64,000 nt of DNA. It comes from an uncultured Thermoprotei archaeon. Its GTDB lineage: Archaea > Thermoproteota > Thermoprotei > Thermofilales > B15-G2. The stretch lies in the NCBI GenBank assembly GCA_965367815.1, contig CBDUKN010000002.1, forward strand, positions 96,001-160,000, in the 5' to 3' direction. Positions 49,320 through 58,282 of the stretch are shown here, piece after piece; the stretch's first letter is position 1; the number at the start of each line of letters is the position of its first letter. Both the position numbers and the translations under genes were made by a program. The notes under the pieces are model-generated. The model was given only the letters and a program-made list of their open reading frames with translations. It searched no databases and was not told where the DNA came from.

Positions 49320-50779
49320 GTCTTGTTCCAAGGATTTTCCCATATGAGTATCCTAGATTGGCTCAGATAGAAATTTGGAGTGTACTTAGAGAACTAGAGA
49401 AAAATAAGGCTATTTTCATTGAGGCACCAACCGGTGTAGGTAAAACTAGCGCTATTCTATCCTACTTGCTAGAAAAATATGATAGGGTGCTGTGGTTTTG
49501 CTATACGCACCGTCAGCAAGAAGTAGTACTAAAAGAAGCCGGAAGAATCGAAGAAAAAATTGGAGTACATTTAAATACGGTGCTTATAAGGGGGATAAGT
49601 AGTTTATGTTTATTTAAAGAGGTTCGAGAGTCTATTTTTCCCCATCAAGCTTGCCGATACTATAGCGCTATCCATGGATGTGCACACTGTCCCTATAAAG
49701 AACAGTTCTTGAAAGCTCTTTCATCGAGACTTGTAGTAGTTACTTATGCTTACTTAAAGGAACCTTATTTCAAAAAGATATCCTCCTTAATCGACTTAGC
49801 TGATGTAGTAGTTTTCGATGAAGCTCATCATTTATTACTGCCGCCTAGAATAGAAATACCTGTTCAGTGGGCGGAAAAAGCATATAATGAAATAAAATGC
49901 ACATTTTTCGAAAAAATGATTAATAGAGAAAAAATAATATTAGTGAGCTCTGCTCCTTCTATAACGAAATGCGAGGAAATTTTTTGGCGCAATGGCTTAT
50001 CCTATTCACTAGAAATAGTTCTTCAGTCTGTTCAAGCTTCTAAACTCTTTTTAAACAGAAAAACAAACAAGTATTTAGGTATAGATGAAAAATTTCATCG
50101 TAAACTATCAGATATTTTAAAAACAAAAGAAACAGTCATTACTAGCGCTACATTACCTAATAATCTTCCGACTGTATTACGTCACTTTAGTTACAGCTTT
50201 TATAAAGTAGAAAATCATGAATACTGCTTCAGAACGTTAATCTTCATAGGCAGTAGTTTACCTAAGAAAAAGTGGTATAATTCAAAGACTTTAAGTGAAG
50301 TGAGTAAAGTACTCGATATTGCGTCAAGGTACTACAGAAAAGTTTTAGCTGTTTTTCCATCACAAGACACTCTGAGAAACTATCTAAGACATTACTCTCT
50401 TTCACGTAACACCACATCTATTGTTGCAGGCTCTCGTGAAGCCGAAGGAATTGATGTAAATGCCAATATTTGTATTATTTTAGGTGTGCCGTATGACCGT
50501 GTAACAAGAATTACTATAGAGACAGTAAAATATTTTCGCCGATATGCTAGTAGACCTAAGACTTTAGGCTATACTATTCCCGCTGTTATTAAAGCAGTTC
50601 AGGCAGCAGGTAGAATACTGCGAAAACCAAATAGAGTAATAGTCTTCTATGATAAAAGATGGCTCGACCTAAAAAAATATTTTCCAGCGTGGCTTAAGAA
50701 CAAAAATATCAAAGCAATAAAAAATTCACATGAGCTTTATAATGAACTAATATTTTCTAGTATTATTTCTAATAGCTAA
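49316..50779 (+). CDS. XPD/Rad3/DinG-like Fe-S SF2 helicase (short)
   Basis: APTGVGKT, Cys cluster, DEAH, SAT, EGID, QAAGRILR; GTGA overlap with ATPase. Confidence 0.85.
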   Translation: MSLVPRIFPYEYPRLAQIEIWSVLRELEKNKAIFIEAPTGVGKTSAILSYLLEKYDRVLWFCYTHRQQEVVLKEAGRIEEKIGVHLNTVLIRGISSLCLFKEVRESIFPHQACRYYSAIHGCAHCPYKEQFLKALSSRLVVVTYAYLKEPYFKKISSLIDLADVVVFDEAHHLLLPPRIEIPVQWAEKAYNEIKCTFFEKMINREKIILVSSAPSITKCEEIFWRNGLSYSLEIVLQSVQASKLFLNRKTNKYLGIDEKFHRKLSDILKTKETVITSATLPNNLPTVLRHFSYSFYKVENHEYCFRTLIFIGSSLPKKKWYNSKTLSEVSKVLDIASRYYRKVLAVFPSQDTLRNYLRHYSLSRNTTSIVAGSREAEGIDVNANICIILGVPYDRVTRITIETVKYFRRYASRPKTLGYTIPAVIKAVQAAGRILRKPNRVIVFYDKRWLDLKKYFPAWLKNKNIKAIKNSHELYNELIFSSIISNS

Positions 50780-50821
50780 TATAGGTTAACTAATATAAAT
50801 GAGTACAGTACCTTATAGGCT

Positions 50822-51583
50822 GTGTTTCCAATAAGTGCTGAGAAAAGGCGGGGAAAACCTCCTCTAGTTACATGGAGTATAATAGTTATCAACGTAATAG
50901 CGTATGTTTTGTCATTAATTTTCGGCTACGAAAATATCGTTAACAACTATGGAATGATACCTGCATTTATTGTCGAAGGAAAAAGACTATATACATTAGT
51001 AACATCAATGTTTCTACATGGAGGACTTCTGCATTTAGGAGGAAATATGCTTTATTTATACATTTTCGGTCCTGGAATAGAGTCAAGATTAGGAAAAACA
51101 AGATATCTTATACTGTACTTCGCTTCTGGTATAGCAGCATCGCTTCTTCACATATTCATTGTCTACAACTTTTCTGAACCAATAATTGTTTACGGCCCAT
51201 TTGGCTACAGCATAATAGACTCAAGATTGATACCATGTATAGGTGCGTCAGGAGCTATATCCGGTATATTAGGTGCATACATGTTCTTAATGCCTAATAA
51301 AACAGTATACGTATTAACGTACCTCTGGCCAGGCCTCCCCTATATAATTAGAGCCCCAGCCTACCTCTTTATAGGCTTTTGGTTCGTCTATCAGCTACTT
51401 ATGGGCTTACTTTCATTAGCTATACCAGCTCCTTACTTTTCTGGTGTAGCCTTCTGGGCGCATATAGGTGGATTTATTGCAGGACTGCTTTTAGCATCTC
51501 CTCTCTCAAGAAAAGCAAAAAGAAGAAAAAGAATAATTATAGACTATACAGGAAGAAGATGGTATGAAATTCCCGTGGAGTAG
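50822..51583 (+). CDS. Rhomboid intramembrane serine protease
   Basis: SMFLHGG..H..GNM, GASGAISG, AHIGG. Confidence 0.93.
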   Translation: MFPISAEKRRGKPPLVTWSIIVINVIAYVLSLIFGYENIVNNYGMIPAFIVEGKRLYTLVTSMFLHGGLLHLGGNMLYLYIFGPGIESRLGKTRYLILYFASGIAASLLHIFIVYNFSEPIIVYGPFGYSIIDSRLIPCIGASGAISGILGAYMFLMPNKTVYVLTYLWPGLPYIIRAPAYLFIGFWFVYQLLMGLLSLAIPAPYFSGVAFWAHIGGFIAGLLLASPLSRKAKRRKRIIIDYTGRRWYEIPVE

Positions 51584-51632
51584 ATCCTTCAAAAGACTTA
51601 AGTGCCTCCACTTACGTACGTACGTAGACGAA

Positions 51633-51682
51633 ATGATTAAAAAGAACCCGTGCTGATGTGTGATGACCGGGCTAGACGATGA
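51633..51682 (+). ncRNA. C/D box sRNA, guides complementary to tRNA T-arm and D-arm
   Basis: ATGATTA-AAAAGAACCCGTG-CTGA-TGT-GTGATGA-CCGGGCTAGACG-ATGA. Confidence 0.7.
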
Positions 51683-51818
51683 TCTGCGAACATTAGAAAA
51701 GGCTTATTAATTTGATATAGTTCCTTTAAAAATCTAATTCATTTTCCAAGAATAACCTGAATAAGTAGAAAATGTAAGCACTAAAAATATAATTATGCTT
51801 CAGTAGAGAGAACAAGGT

Positions 51819-51869
51819 ATGATGAATAACCCTGGGATCAGATAAGGTGAAGAAGTGGTCCTCGGCTGA
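51819..51869 (+). ncRNA. C/D box methylation guide sRNA
   Basis: ATGATGA-ATAACCCTGGGAT-CAGA-TAAG-GTGAAGA-AGTGGTCCTCGG-CTGA; ends 4 nt before the next ATG. Confidence 0.82.
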
Positions 51870-51873
51870 AAAT

Positions 51874-52608
51874 ATGCTTCTACATATACATAAGAAATTA
51901 CACAGCTTAATTCTCAGAAAAATAATTCATTTAATGCTAGTTACTCTACTGTTCTTACCCTTTGTAGTAGATATTAGGATTTTTGGATTGACCACTTTGA
52001 CATACTACTCAATACTTCTTCTAGTTTCGGCTTTCATCAACTCTATTCAAGTAAAAAAACCTCCCTTAGTAAAAATTGTATTGGAGCATATAGAAGAAAC
52101 TCGAAATAAGTTTTTTGCAAAAATATCTTCTATCGAATCTAAAAGCGAAATAAATGCTTTTATTGTAAGCTTTCTAAGCGAAATAGAGCATACTTTAATT
52201 CCTCAAATCAACGCCGCTATAAGAGACTATGAACGTCTAGGTGGATACATAGGTATAACTTTTGGCGCAATAGGAGTCCTTGTGTCGAATATTCTGTTTA
52301 AAAATTATGTCTTCTATGGAGCCTTAGCTCTAGCCGTTGTCGATACAGTTACAGCACTAGTAGGAAAATTTTTAGGAAAAACTAGGATTCCTGGAACAAA
52401 TGCTACACTTGAAGGCAGCTTAGCAGGTTTAGTAGCATTCTTTGTCACCCTGTCTCTGATAAAAGTGAATGCTATAGCTGCACTTATAATATCAACGCTT
52501 ACGGTTATAGCTGAAGCCTACGGTGTTGAAGACAATCTAGCAATACCTCTAACGGCTTCATTTACAGCATATTTACTAAAAGCCCCTATACCGTCTTTTC
52601 CTTCATAG
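51874..52608 (+). CDS. Dolichol/phytol kinase-like (CTP-transferase family) membrane protein
   Basis: LRKIIH, DTVTALVGK..GK, TLEGSLAG, EDNLAIP; start moved to ATG 51874. Confidence 0.8.
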   Translation: MLLHIHKKLHSLILRKIIHLMLVTLLFLPFVVDIRIFGLTTLTYYSILLLVSAFINSIQVKKPPLVKIVLEHIEETRNKFFAKISSIESKSEINAFIVSFLSEIEHTLIPQINAAIRDYERLGGYIGITFGAIGVLVSNILFKNYVFYGALALAVVDTVTALVGKFLGKTRIPGTNATLEGSLAGLVAFFVTLSLIKVNAIAALIISTLTVIAEAYGVEDNLAIPLTASFTAYLLKAPIPSFPS

Positions 52609-53503
52609 CCAATAATCTGCAGAAACTACAGACTTCACCTTGTGAAGGCAAACCACATACCTTACATTTTTTAACACGCACTTCCGAAGAAATTTTCTCC
52701 CATAGAATTGGCTGAATATTCTTATACCAGCTTTTAACTAAGTTCAGTACAGATCCTGGATACATGGCTTCTAGGAGCTCTATTAGACTTTTGACTTTGA
52801 GTGAAGTAGCTCCTACTGAATAGGGACATTGTTCTTCAACATAGGGTAATCTATGTACTTTAACATAGGCTAGTGTTTCGTACTCATACATTCGATAAAG
52901 CGGTTTTATTTTTGGAGGAAGATTTCCTAAGGAAGATATGAAAGGACTTCTTTTCGCCAACGAAAGTATATCTGACCTAGTTAAAGCGGATAACAAGAAG
53001 ATAGCTTCATCCACTAGGTTATGCCCAGTAGCTATTTTAGTAGCTTTTAACTTCACAGCATAAGATGACATAATATACCTCTTTATAGTACCGCAAATAG
53101 AGCAGGGAGGGCGATTAGAGACCTTAGCGAGCTCAGGTAAAGTTATACCATATTCTCTTTTTATGTCTACAATTATTAAATCAACTCCTAGCCGAGAACA
53201 TACTTCTTCACATACTTTTCTAGAGACTTCACTGTATTTTCCTAAGCCTAAATCGATGTGCAATGATATTACCTCATAACTGAATTTTTCTTTGAGACGC
53301 CATAATGCATGTAGCAATGATATACTATCTTTTCCTCCCGAAACACCTATTAAAACAACATCTCCCTTTTTAAGCATTTTAAATGCTCTAATAGTTTTTT
53401 CTATTTTCTTCATAAAGTGTTTATCATAATGTTCACTGCAAAAGCTAACTCCTGCGTAATCTATTTTCACTACAGCAGGTTTTTTACAGACAATGCACCG
53501 CAT
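52586..53503 (-). CDS. tRNA 2-thiolation protein (TtuA/Ncs6 family)
   Basis: Zn fingers at both ends, SGGKDS PP-loop, CSICG, ATGHN, KIKPL, CPY. Confidence 0.9.
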   Translation of the reverse strand: MRCIVCKKPAVVKIDYAGVSFCSEHYDKHFMKKIEKTIRAFKMLKKGDVVLIGVSGGKDSISLLHALWRLKEKFSYEVISLHIDLGLGKYSEVSRKVCEEVCSRLGVDLIIVDIKREYGITLPELAKVSNRPPCSICGTIKRYIMSSYAVKLKATKIATGHNLVDEAIFLLSALTRSDILSLAKRSPFISSLGNLPPKIKPLYRMYEYETLAYVKVHRLPYVEEQCPYSVGATSLKVKSLIELLEAMYPGSVLNLVKSWYKNIQPILWEKISSEVRVKKCKVCGLPSQGEVCSFCRLLAMKEKTV

Positions 53504-53630
53504 TTAAGTTTTAGTTACTTTAATACCTTTTTATTTTTTCCTAGAATAGTACTTACACAACAACAAAGCCCTCTCCACTGCCTAGAATGCCACGGTAAGA
53601 TTTATTTTATATGTCAAGTTAAATTGATGT

Positions 53631-54563
53631 ATGGCTTCCGAAGGCTGGGAGACTTTTGCGTGGAGCGGTATAGTGTTTAGTAAACCTTATTCATGGGAGA
53701 TAGCTAAAGAGGAGTTTACTTCAAAAGTATATTATGTAGTGTTTGAAGATATTAAAATGCGTAGATTAGAACTTAAGGCAGAAAAAATTCCGTTTGATAA
53801 AGCTCCTGAAGCAAAAGATATTATAGAGAAATTTATTGAAACTGTTAAGGAAAAGTTTACAGATGTAAAAGTTATAAGCAAAGGAGATCTTTCTTCATTA
53901 AGTCATAAAGCTTATGAAGCTATAATGAGAACAAAAGACTATTGTCTCAAATGTATAGGATGGTACTGCGATGAAAGTGAAAGAGCATTTCTCCTAAACT
54001 TCATATACAAGATTGATGAGTCTGAAAAAGCTAAGCACACCATATCTAAGGTATTAAAAAGCTTTAAATGTCATTTAGATGGAGAAAAATATCCTTGGTA
54101 TTTTCAAGGAATTTTTTTGACACTGCCAAAAGAATATAAGCCTATAGAAAAGAAAACTACTACTGGACTTAGTTACTTAAAGTTTTATTACAAAGAAACA
54201 GTAATTTTACTCGCCTATAACTGTATGGCTTCAGTTCTTCTTGAAGAAGAAGATACAGAGACATGGTTCCAAAAAAGAGTATTTAAGCAATGCTTCAAAA
54301 AGTACGGCAAAATATCAGACTTAAAGAAAAAGGAAAGTATTAAATTAAACAATCACAGTATCGATATTTTCACATACAACATTAAGGTTCCATTTAGTCC
54401 GAGAAAGCGAAAATGCTACCTCTCCCTATGGGTTTGCGATCAGAACAATAGACTCATGTGTTTTACTGTAGTCTCAAAAGAATCAATTAGAATTAAAGAA
54501 AAAGAATTAAAGGAAATAGAAAATCTTTTCAATACAAGCCTTCGCTCAATTAAGTGCCACTAA
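53631..54563 (+). CDS. Hypothetical protein with two tandem PsbP/Mog1-like repeats
   Basis: Internal repeat F.W.GI...P..W / WYC...R / FKCH and WYFQGI...P..Y / WVC...R / IKCH. Confidence 0.6.
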   Translation: MASEGWETFAWSGIVFSKPYSWEIAKEEFTSKVYYVVFEDIKMRRLELKAEKIPFDKAPEAKDIIEKFIETVKEKFTDVKVISKGDLSSLSHKAYEAIMRTKDYCLKCIGWYCDESERAFLLNFIYKIDESEKAKHTISKVLKSFKCHLDGEKYPWYFQGIFLTLPKEYKPIEKKTTTGLSYLKFYYKETVILLAYNCMASVLLEEEDTETWFQKRVFKQCFKKYGKISDLKKKESIKLNNHSIDIFTYNIKVPFSPRKRKCYLSLWVCDQNNRLMCFTVVSKESIRIKEKELKEIENLFNTSLRSIKCH

Positions 54564-54614
54564 TAAACAGGAATTTAAGTATATACGCTCTATGGAACAA
54601 GTCTAAGGGACTAA

Positions 54615-54965
54615 ATGACTAAAGTAGAAGCTTTACTGGTAGTACTACTTGCGCTATCTATTGTACCTATAGTAGTCTTAGGTAAGCCAAAAAATAATGA
54701 AAATAAGTCTATAATTCCTTCAACAAATTTTCTAGAGACATTTGATAAAATATTAAGTGATATAGAAAGAATACTATGCTTAGCAGTCAATAGAGTTATG
54801 AAATTTATTATAAATGTTGTAAGAGCAATCTATATTATACTAGCTGTAGTTGGCGTAATATTATGGATTACTCACTGGAATCCTAGTAGAGGAAAGCACT
54901 ATATTCTGGCGGCTATAATTTTAATGCTTCTTGCAGAATATCTCTCAACAATTATTGGTGAATAG
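54615..54965 (+). CDS. VirB2/TrbC/CedA1-like pilin
   Basis: Signal peptide, amphipathic helix, two TMs separated by W...NPSRGK. Confidence 0.55.
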   Translation: MTKVEALLVVLLALSIVPIVVLGKPKNNENKSIIPSTNFLETFDKILSDIERILCLAVNRVMKFIINVVRAIYIILAVVGVILWITHWNPSRGKHYILAAIILMLLAEYLSTIIGE

Positions 54966-54983
54966 CTAGAGTATTCAGTAGAA

Positions 54984-55469
54984 TTATGCTTTTTTGGCCA
55001 TTAAGTAGGCATCTTCTCCATCTAAGTAATAGCCTTTAATCACTTTAACTATTTTATATCCTAGTTTTTTATACAGAGAGATAGCAGGCTTATTAGATAC
55101 TCTCACTTCTAGAAAGTATTCGTCGACATTGTATTCCTTTTTAAGGTTTTCCATAGCCTTTATCATTAAGGATTTACCGATACCTTTTCTTCTAGCGTAA
55201 GGCATAACAGCTATCGACACAATGTGTCCTTTTCTCGCTACTCCTATTCCGAAATTACTTAATCCATGTTCTACTCTACACATAATGTAGCCTACTATTT
55301 CATTATGCATTTCAGCTACTAAGAACGCTTTAGGACAATTGTAGTACTGCATCATGAAGAAGTATGGAGGATAATTTTCGGGCAAGCATTTCCTGTTAAT
55401 CTCGATAACTCTTTCTAGGTCTTCAGGTCTGAACTCTCTTATTATATATTCTTGCTTATTTTCTGTCAT
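54984..55469 (-). CDS. ard1: N-terminal acetyltransferase Ard1 (RimI-like)
   Basis: LPENYP, GYIMCRVE, GHIVSIAV, RRKGIG, LEVRVSN, YYLDGEDA. Confidence 0.93.
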   Translation of the reverse strand: MTENKQEYIIREFRPEDLERVIEINRKCLPENYPPYFFMMQYYNCPKAFLVAEMHNEIVGYIMCRVEHGLSNFGIGVARKGHIVSIAVMPYARRKGIGKSLMIKAMENLKKEYNVDEYFLEVRVSNKPAISLYKKLGYKIVKVIKGYYLDGEDAYLMAKKA

Positions 55470-55474
55470 ATTCG

Positions 55475-56078
55475 CTAAGTTACATATAGTACTCCTAGTT
55501 CTTTAAGCTTATTATACAGCTTCTTGATGGCTATTTCTACTTCCTCTTCCTTCTTTGCTCCAGTACATACACACTTTCCGCTAGAGAAAATTAGAATAAC
55601 TACACGAGGATCATCCATCCTATAGATTAGTCCCGGGAATTGCTCAGGCTCATACATGGAGTTTTCAAGTAAGAATGCTGCTTTTTCTAAGTTGACTTCA
55701 GCGTGAAGATTCGCGCTTGCGACTATATTCTGTATTTTTATTTGGGGCTGGCTAACTATTTCTATACCATGTTCCTTAAGAATCTTTATTATGTTTTTAA
55801 CTGCCTTGTATACCTCGTTTTCGGACTTTGCTCCAGTACATACCATTTTTCCGCTAGAGAAAATTAGAGTCGCAGTCTTAGGCCTACTAATTCTCAGGAC
55901 TAGCCCAGGGAACTCTCGGATCCCGAGGGTTTTAAGCCTCGGGATGTTCCGGATTATACTCCGCGTTAGGTACTCTCGACGCGATTAACTCTAAATCAAG
56001 CCGTTGGTCGAGAGTAACCGATGCAACTACGTTTTCTATACGGAAACTTGGTTCTGAGAACCTAACGACTCTTCTCAT
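55475..56078 (-). CDS. tbp: TATA-box-binding protein, two exons (55946-56078 and 55475-55914), 190 aa after splicing
   Basis: Exon 1 [27 protein letters not shown]; exon 2 [42 protein letters not shown]. Confidence 0.95.
55915..55945 (-). other. 31-nt bulge-helix-bulge mRNA intron in tbp
   Basis: CGGA/TCCG central helix, ACA and AGA bulges, 8-bp TCCCGAGG/CCTCGGGA stem; removal restores frame and Gln codon. Confidence 0.88.
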
Positions 56079-56124
56079 AATATTCCCGTTCTACCTTTAA
56101 AAAGCTTAAATATATATTAATCGG

Positions 56125-56643
56125 TCACTTTCGACTCTTAGACTTCTTTTCCTCCTCTGGAGAAAAGACTATCATAATGAGTAGCAGTATTACTACTAGA
56201 GCATAGACATAAGGATATTTTTCGGCGAACAGTTTAAGTACTCCAAGATAAGGTACGTCCAACATCACTATTCCCTTTACTTGACTTATTGAGACAGGAT
56301 AGTCTGGAATTAGATTAGCGTCTCCTTTAGTTACTAGCTTGTAAACATTACCTTCTCTTTCATAAACTTTTATTATTCTATGAACTGTTGGCTCGCTTCC
56401 AGCACTCCTCTTATATACAATTACTTTTCCTACTTGAAGATCAGAGGAAGATTGAACTCCTACAATTACTATCATGTCTCCAACTTGAAGTGAGGGTATC
56501 ATACTCCAGCTTGAAACTACCGCTAAGGGTATTTCTGTCGACAATATGGCTTTAAATAAGTAGTTTATAGTAATGTAAGCTAGCAGTACTACAACAATAA
56601 TTGTCACTAGTGTCTTTAATTTTCTATCAGATGACTTAGCCAC
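56125..56643 (-). CDS. Signal peptidase I (Sec11/S26B)
   Basis: VSSWSMIP..GD, VHRI, TKGDAN..PD, VPYLG. Confidence 0.92.
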   Translation of the reverse strand: MAKSSDRKLKTLVTIIVVVLLAYITINYLFKAILSTEIPLAVVSSWSMIPSLQVGDMIVIVGVQSSSDLQVGKVIVYKRSAGSEPTVHRIIKVYEREGNVYKLVTKGDANLIPDYPVSISQVKGIVMLDVPYLGVLKLFAEKYPYVYALVVILLLIMIVFSPEEEKKSKSRK

Positions 56644-56750
56644 ATTGAGAAAATGATTTAGCTAAAAATTAGTCTTTCGATAGATAGTATTTTCAATACT
56701 CTAACAGAAAAAATTATGTTAGAGAGAACTAAGGACTCTACTGAGAGAAA

Positions 56751-57242
56751 ATGTCCTATACTCCAGTAGTGCCATTCGTTCCTACACCAGAAATAGTTGT
56801 TAGAAAAATGCTTGAATTAGCTAAAGTAAAACCCGGAGAAATTGTTTACGATTTAGGGTGCGGAGACGGCAGAATTATAATAACTGCTGCAAAAGACTTT
56901 GGAGCGTACGCAGTCGGCATAGAAATACGTAAGGATTTAGTAGAACAGTGCATAAGAAAAGTAAAAGAACTCGGACTAGAGGATAGAGTCACAATAATTT
57001 ATGGCAACTTTTTTGAAGTAGATATAAGTGATGCAGATGTAGTTACTCTATATCTTCTAACAAGCGTTAATGAAAAATTAAAAACTAAGTTTATTAAAGA
57101 ATTAAAACCTTCAGCTAGAATAGTCTCACATGATTTTGAGATCGTCGGATGGAAGCCTCATTTAGTGAAAGAAGTTAAAGAAGACTGGAGAAACCATAAA
57201 GTATACTTATATCTAATGGAAGAAGTACTTTCAAGAAGATAG
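56751..57242 (+). CDS. Protein-lysine N-methyltransferase (aKMT/FAM173-like)
   Basis: VPFVPTP, DLGCGDGR, VTLYL, RIVSHDF. Confidence 0.85.
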   Translation: MSYTPVVPFVPTPEIVVRKMLELAKVKPGEIVYDLGCGDGRIIITAAKDFGAYAVGIEIRKDLVEQCIRKVKELGLEDRVTIIYGNFFEVDISDADVVTLYLLTSVNEKLKTKFIKELKPSARIVSHDFEIVGWKPHLVKEVKEDWRNHKVYLYLMEEVLSRR

Positions 57243-57244
57243 TT

Positions 57245-58282
57245 ATGAGAAACAGTATTAGGGACCAGCTGCTAAAGACCCCTGTTAAAGACTTACACTT
57301 ACGTAAAGATACAAAAATTAAAGACCTTATAGACTCCTTTAAAAGCATAGGCGGTTTTTCTGCAGCACATCTAGCTGATGCGTGCAGTATAGTAACAGAA
57401 ATGCTGGAAGACGAAAATTGTCTTGTACTTATGTCGATTACAGCAAATATTATAGCTACCGGAATTAGAGGCCTTGTTTCAGACCTAATCAAAAATAAGA
57501 TGGTAGATATTATATTTACTACTGGAGGAACTATCGACCACGATATAGCAAAAAGCTATGCTAACTACTACTGCGGAAGTTTTGATATCGACGACGAGAT
57601 GCTAAGAGAAGAGGAAATACATCGTCTAGGCAATATTCTCGTACCTAAAGAAAGCTATGGTCCCTTAATTGAAGAGAAATTACATACATTTTTAGAGAAA
57701 GTAATAAAAACTAAAGAAAAGTGGAGTTGTAGAGAACTGCTCTGGGAAATAGGCAAACAAATTTCAGACGAAAACTCTATTCTTCGTAGTGCCTACTTAA
57801 ATAAAGTACCTATTTATGTTCCAGGCTTTTACGATAGTGCATTTGGAACACACATCATTACATTTAATGAAAAACAGAGACTAAAGGGCGGAAAAATAAT
57901 ATCAATAGACTACTCAATCGATATGAAAGAACTTTCCAACATATTTTTCATAGCTAATAAATTAGGAGGAATAATAGTCGGAGGAGGAATAAGCAAACAT
58001 CACTTAATATGGTGGAGCCAATTCAGAGACGGACTAGACTACGCAGTTTATTTAACTGTAGCTGTAGAATGGGACGGCAGCCTTAGTGGAGCGAGACCCC
58101 GTGAAGCTATAAGCTGGAATAAAATAAAGCCACAATCTAAAAAAGCATTCATATACAGCGACGCCACAATAACTTTACCGCTAATATTTTATGCAGTATA
58201 CGATATAGTAAACGAAAATAAGCTTAACTTAAGAAAACAGAATGCTCAAAAAATAATAAATTCATCTATCTCTACTCTTTAG
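57245..58282 (+). CDS. dys: Deoxyhypusine synthase
   Basis: TGGTIDHD, RLGNI, GGGISKHH, DGSLSGA..EAISW.K. Confidence 0.93.
   Translation: MRNSIRDQLLKTPVKDLHLRKDTKIKDLIDSFKSIGGFSAAHLADACSIVTEMLEDENCLVLMSITANIIATGIRGLVSDLIKNKMVDIIFTTGGTIDHDIAKSYANYYCGSFDIDDEMLREEEIHRLGNILVPKESYGPLIEEKLHTFLEKVIKTKEKWSCRELLWEIGKQISDENSILRSAYLNKVPIYVPGFYDSAFGTHIITFNEKQRLKGGKIISIDYSIDMKELSNIFFIANKLGGIIVGGGISKHHLIWWSQFRDGLDYAVYLTVAVEWDGSLSGARPREAISWNKIKPQSKKAFIYSDATITLPLIFYAVYDIVNENKLNLRKQNAQKIINSSISTL

Noticed and set aside
55475-56078. tbp as a frameshifted pseudogene or a 123-aa protein
   Set aside because: Both halves are intact, and the 31-nt insert has exact BHB geometry restoring the conserved Gln codon
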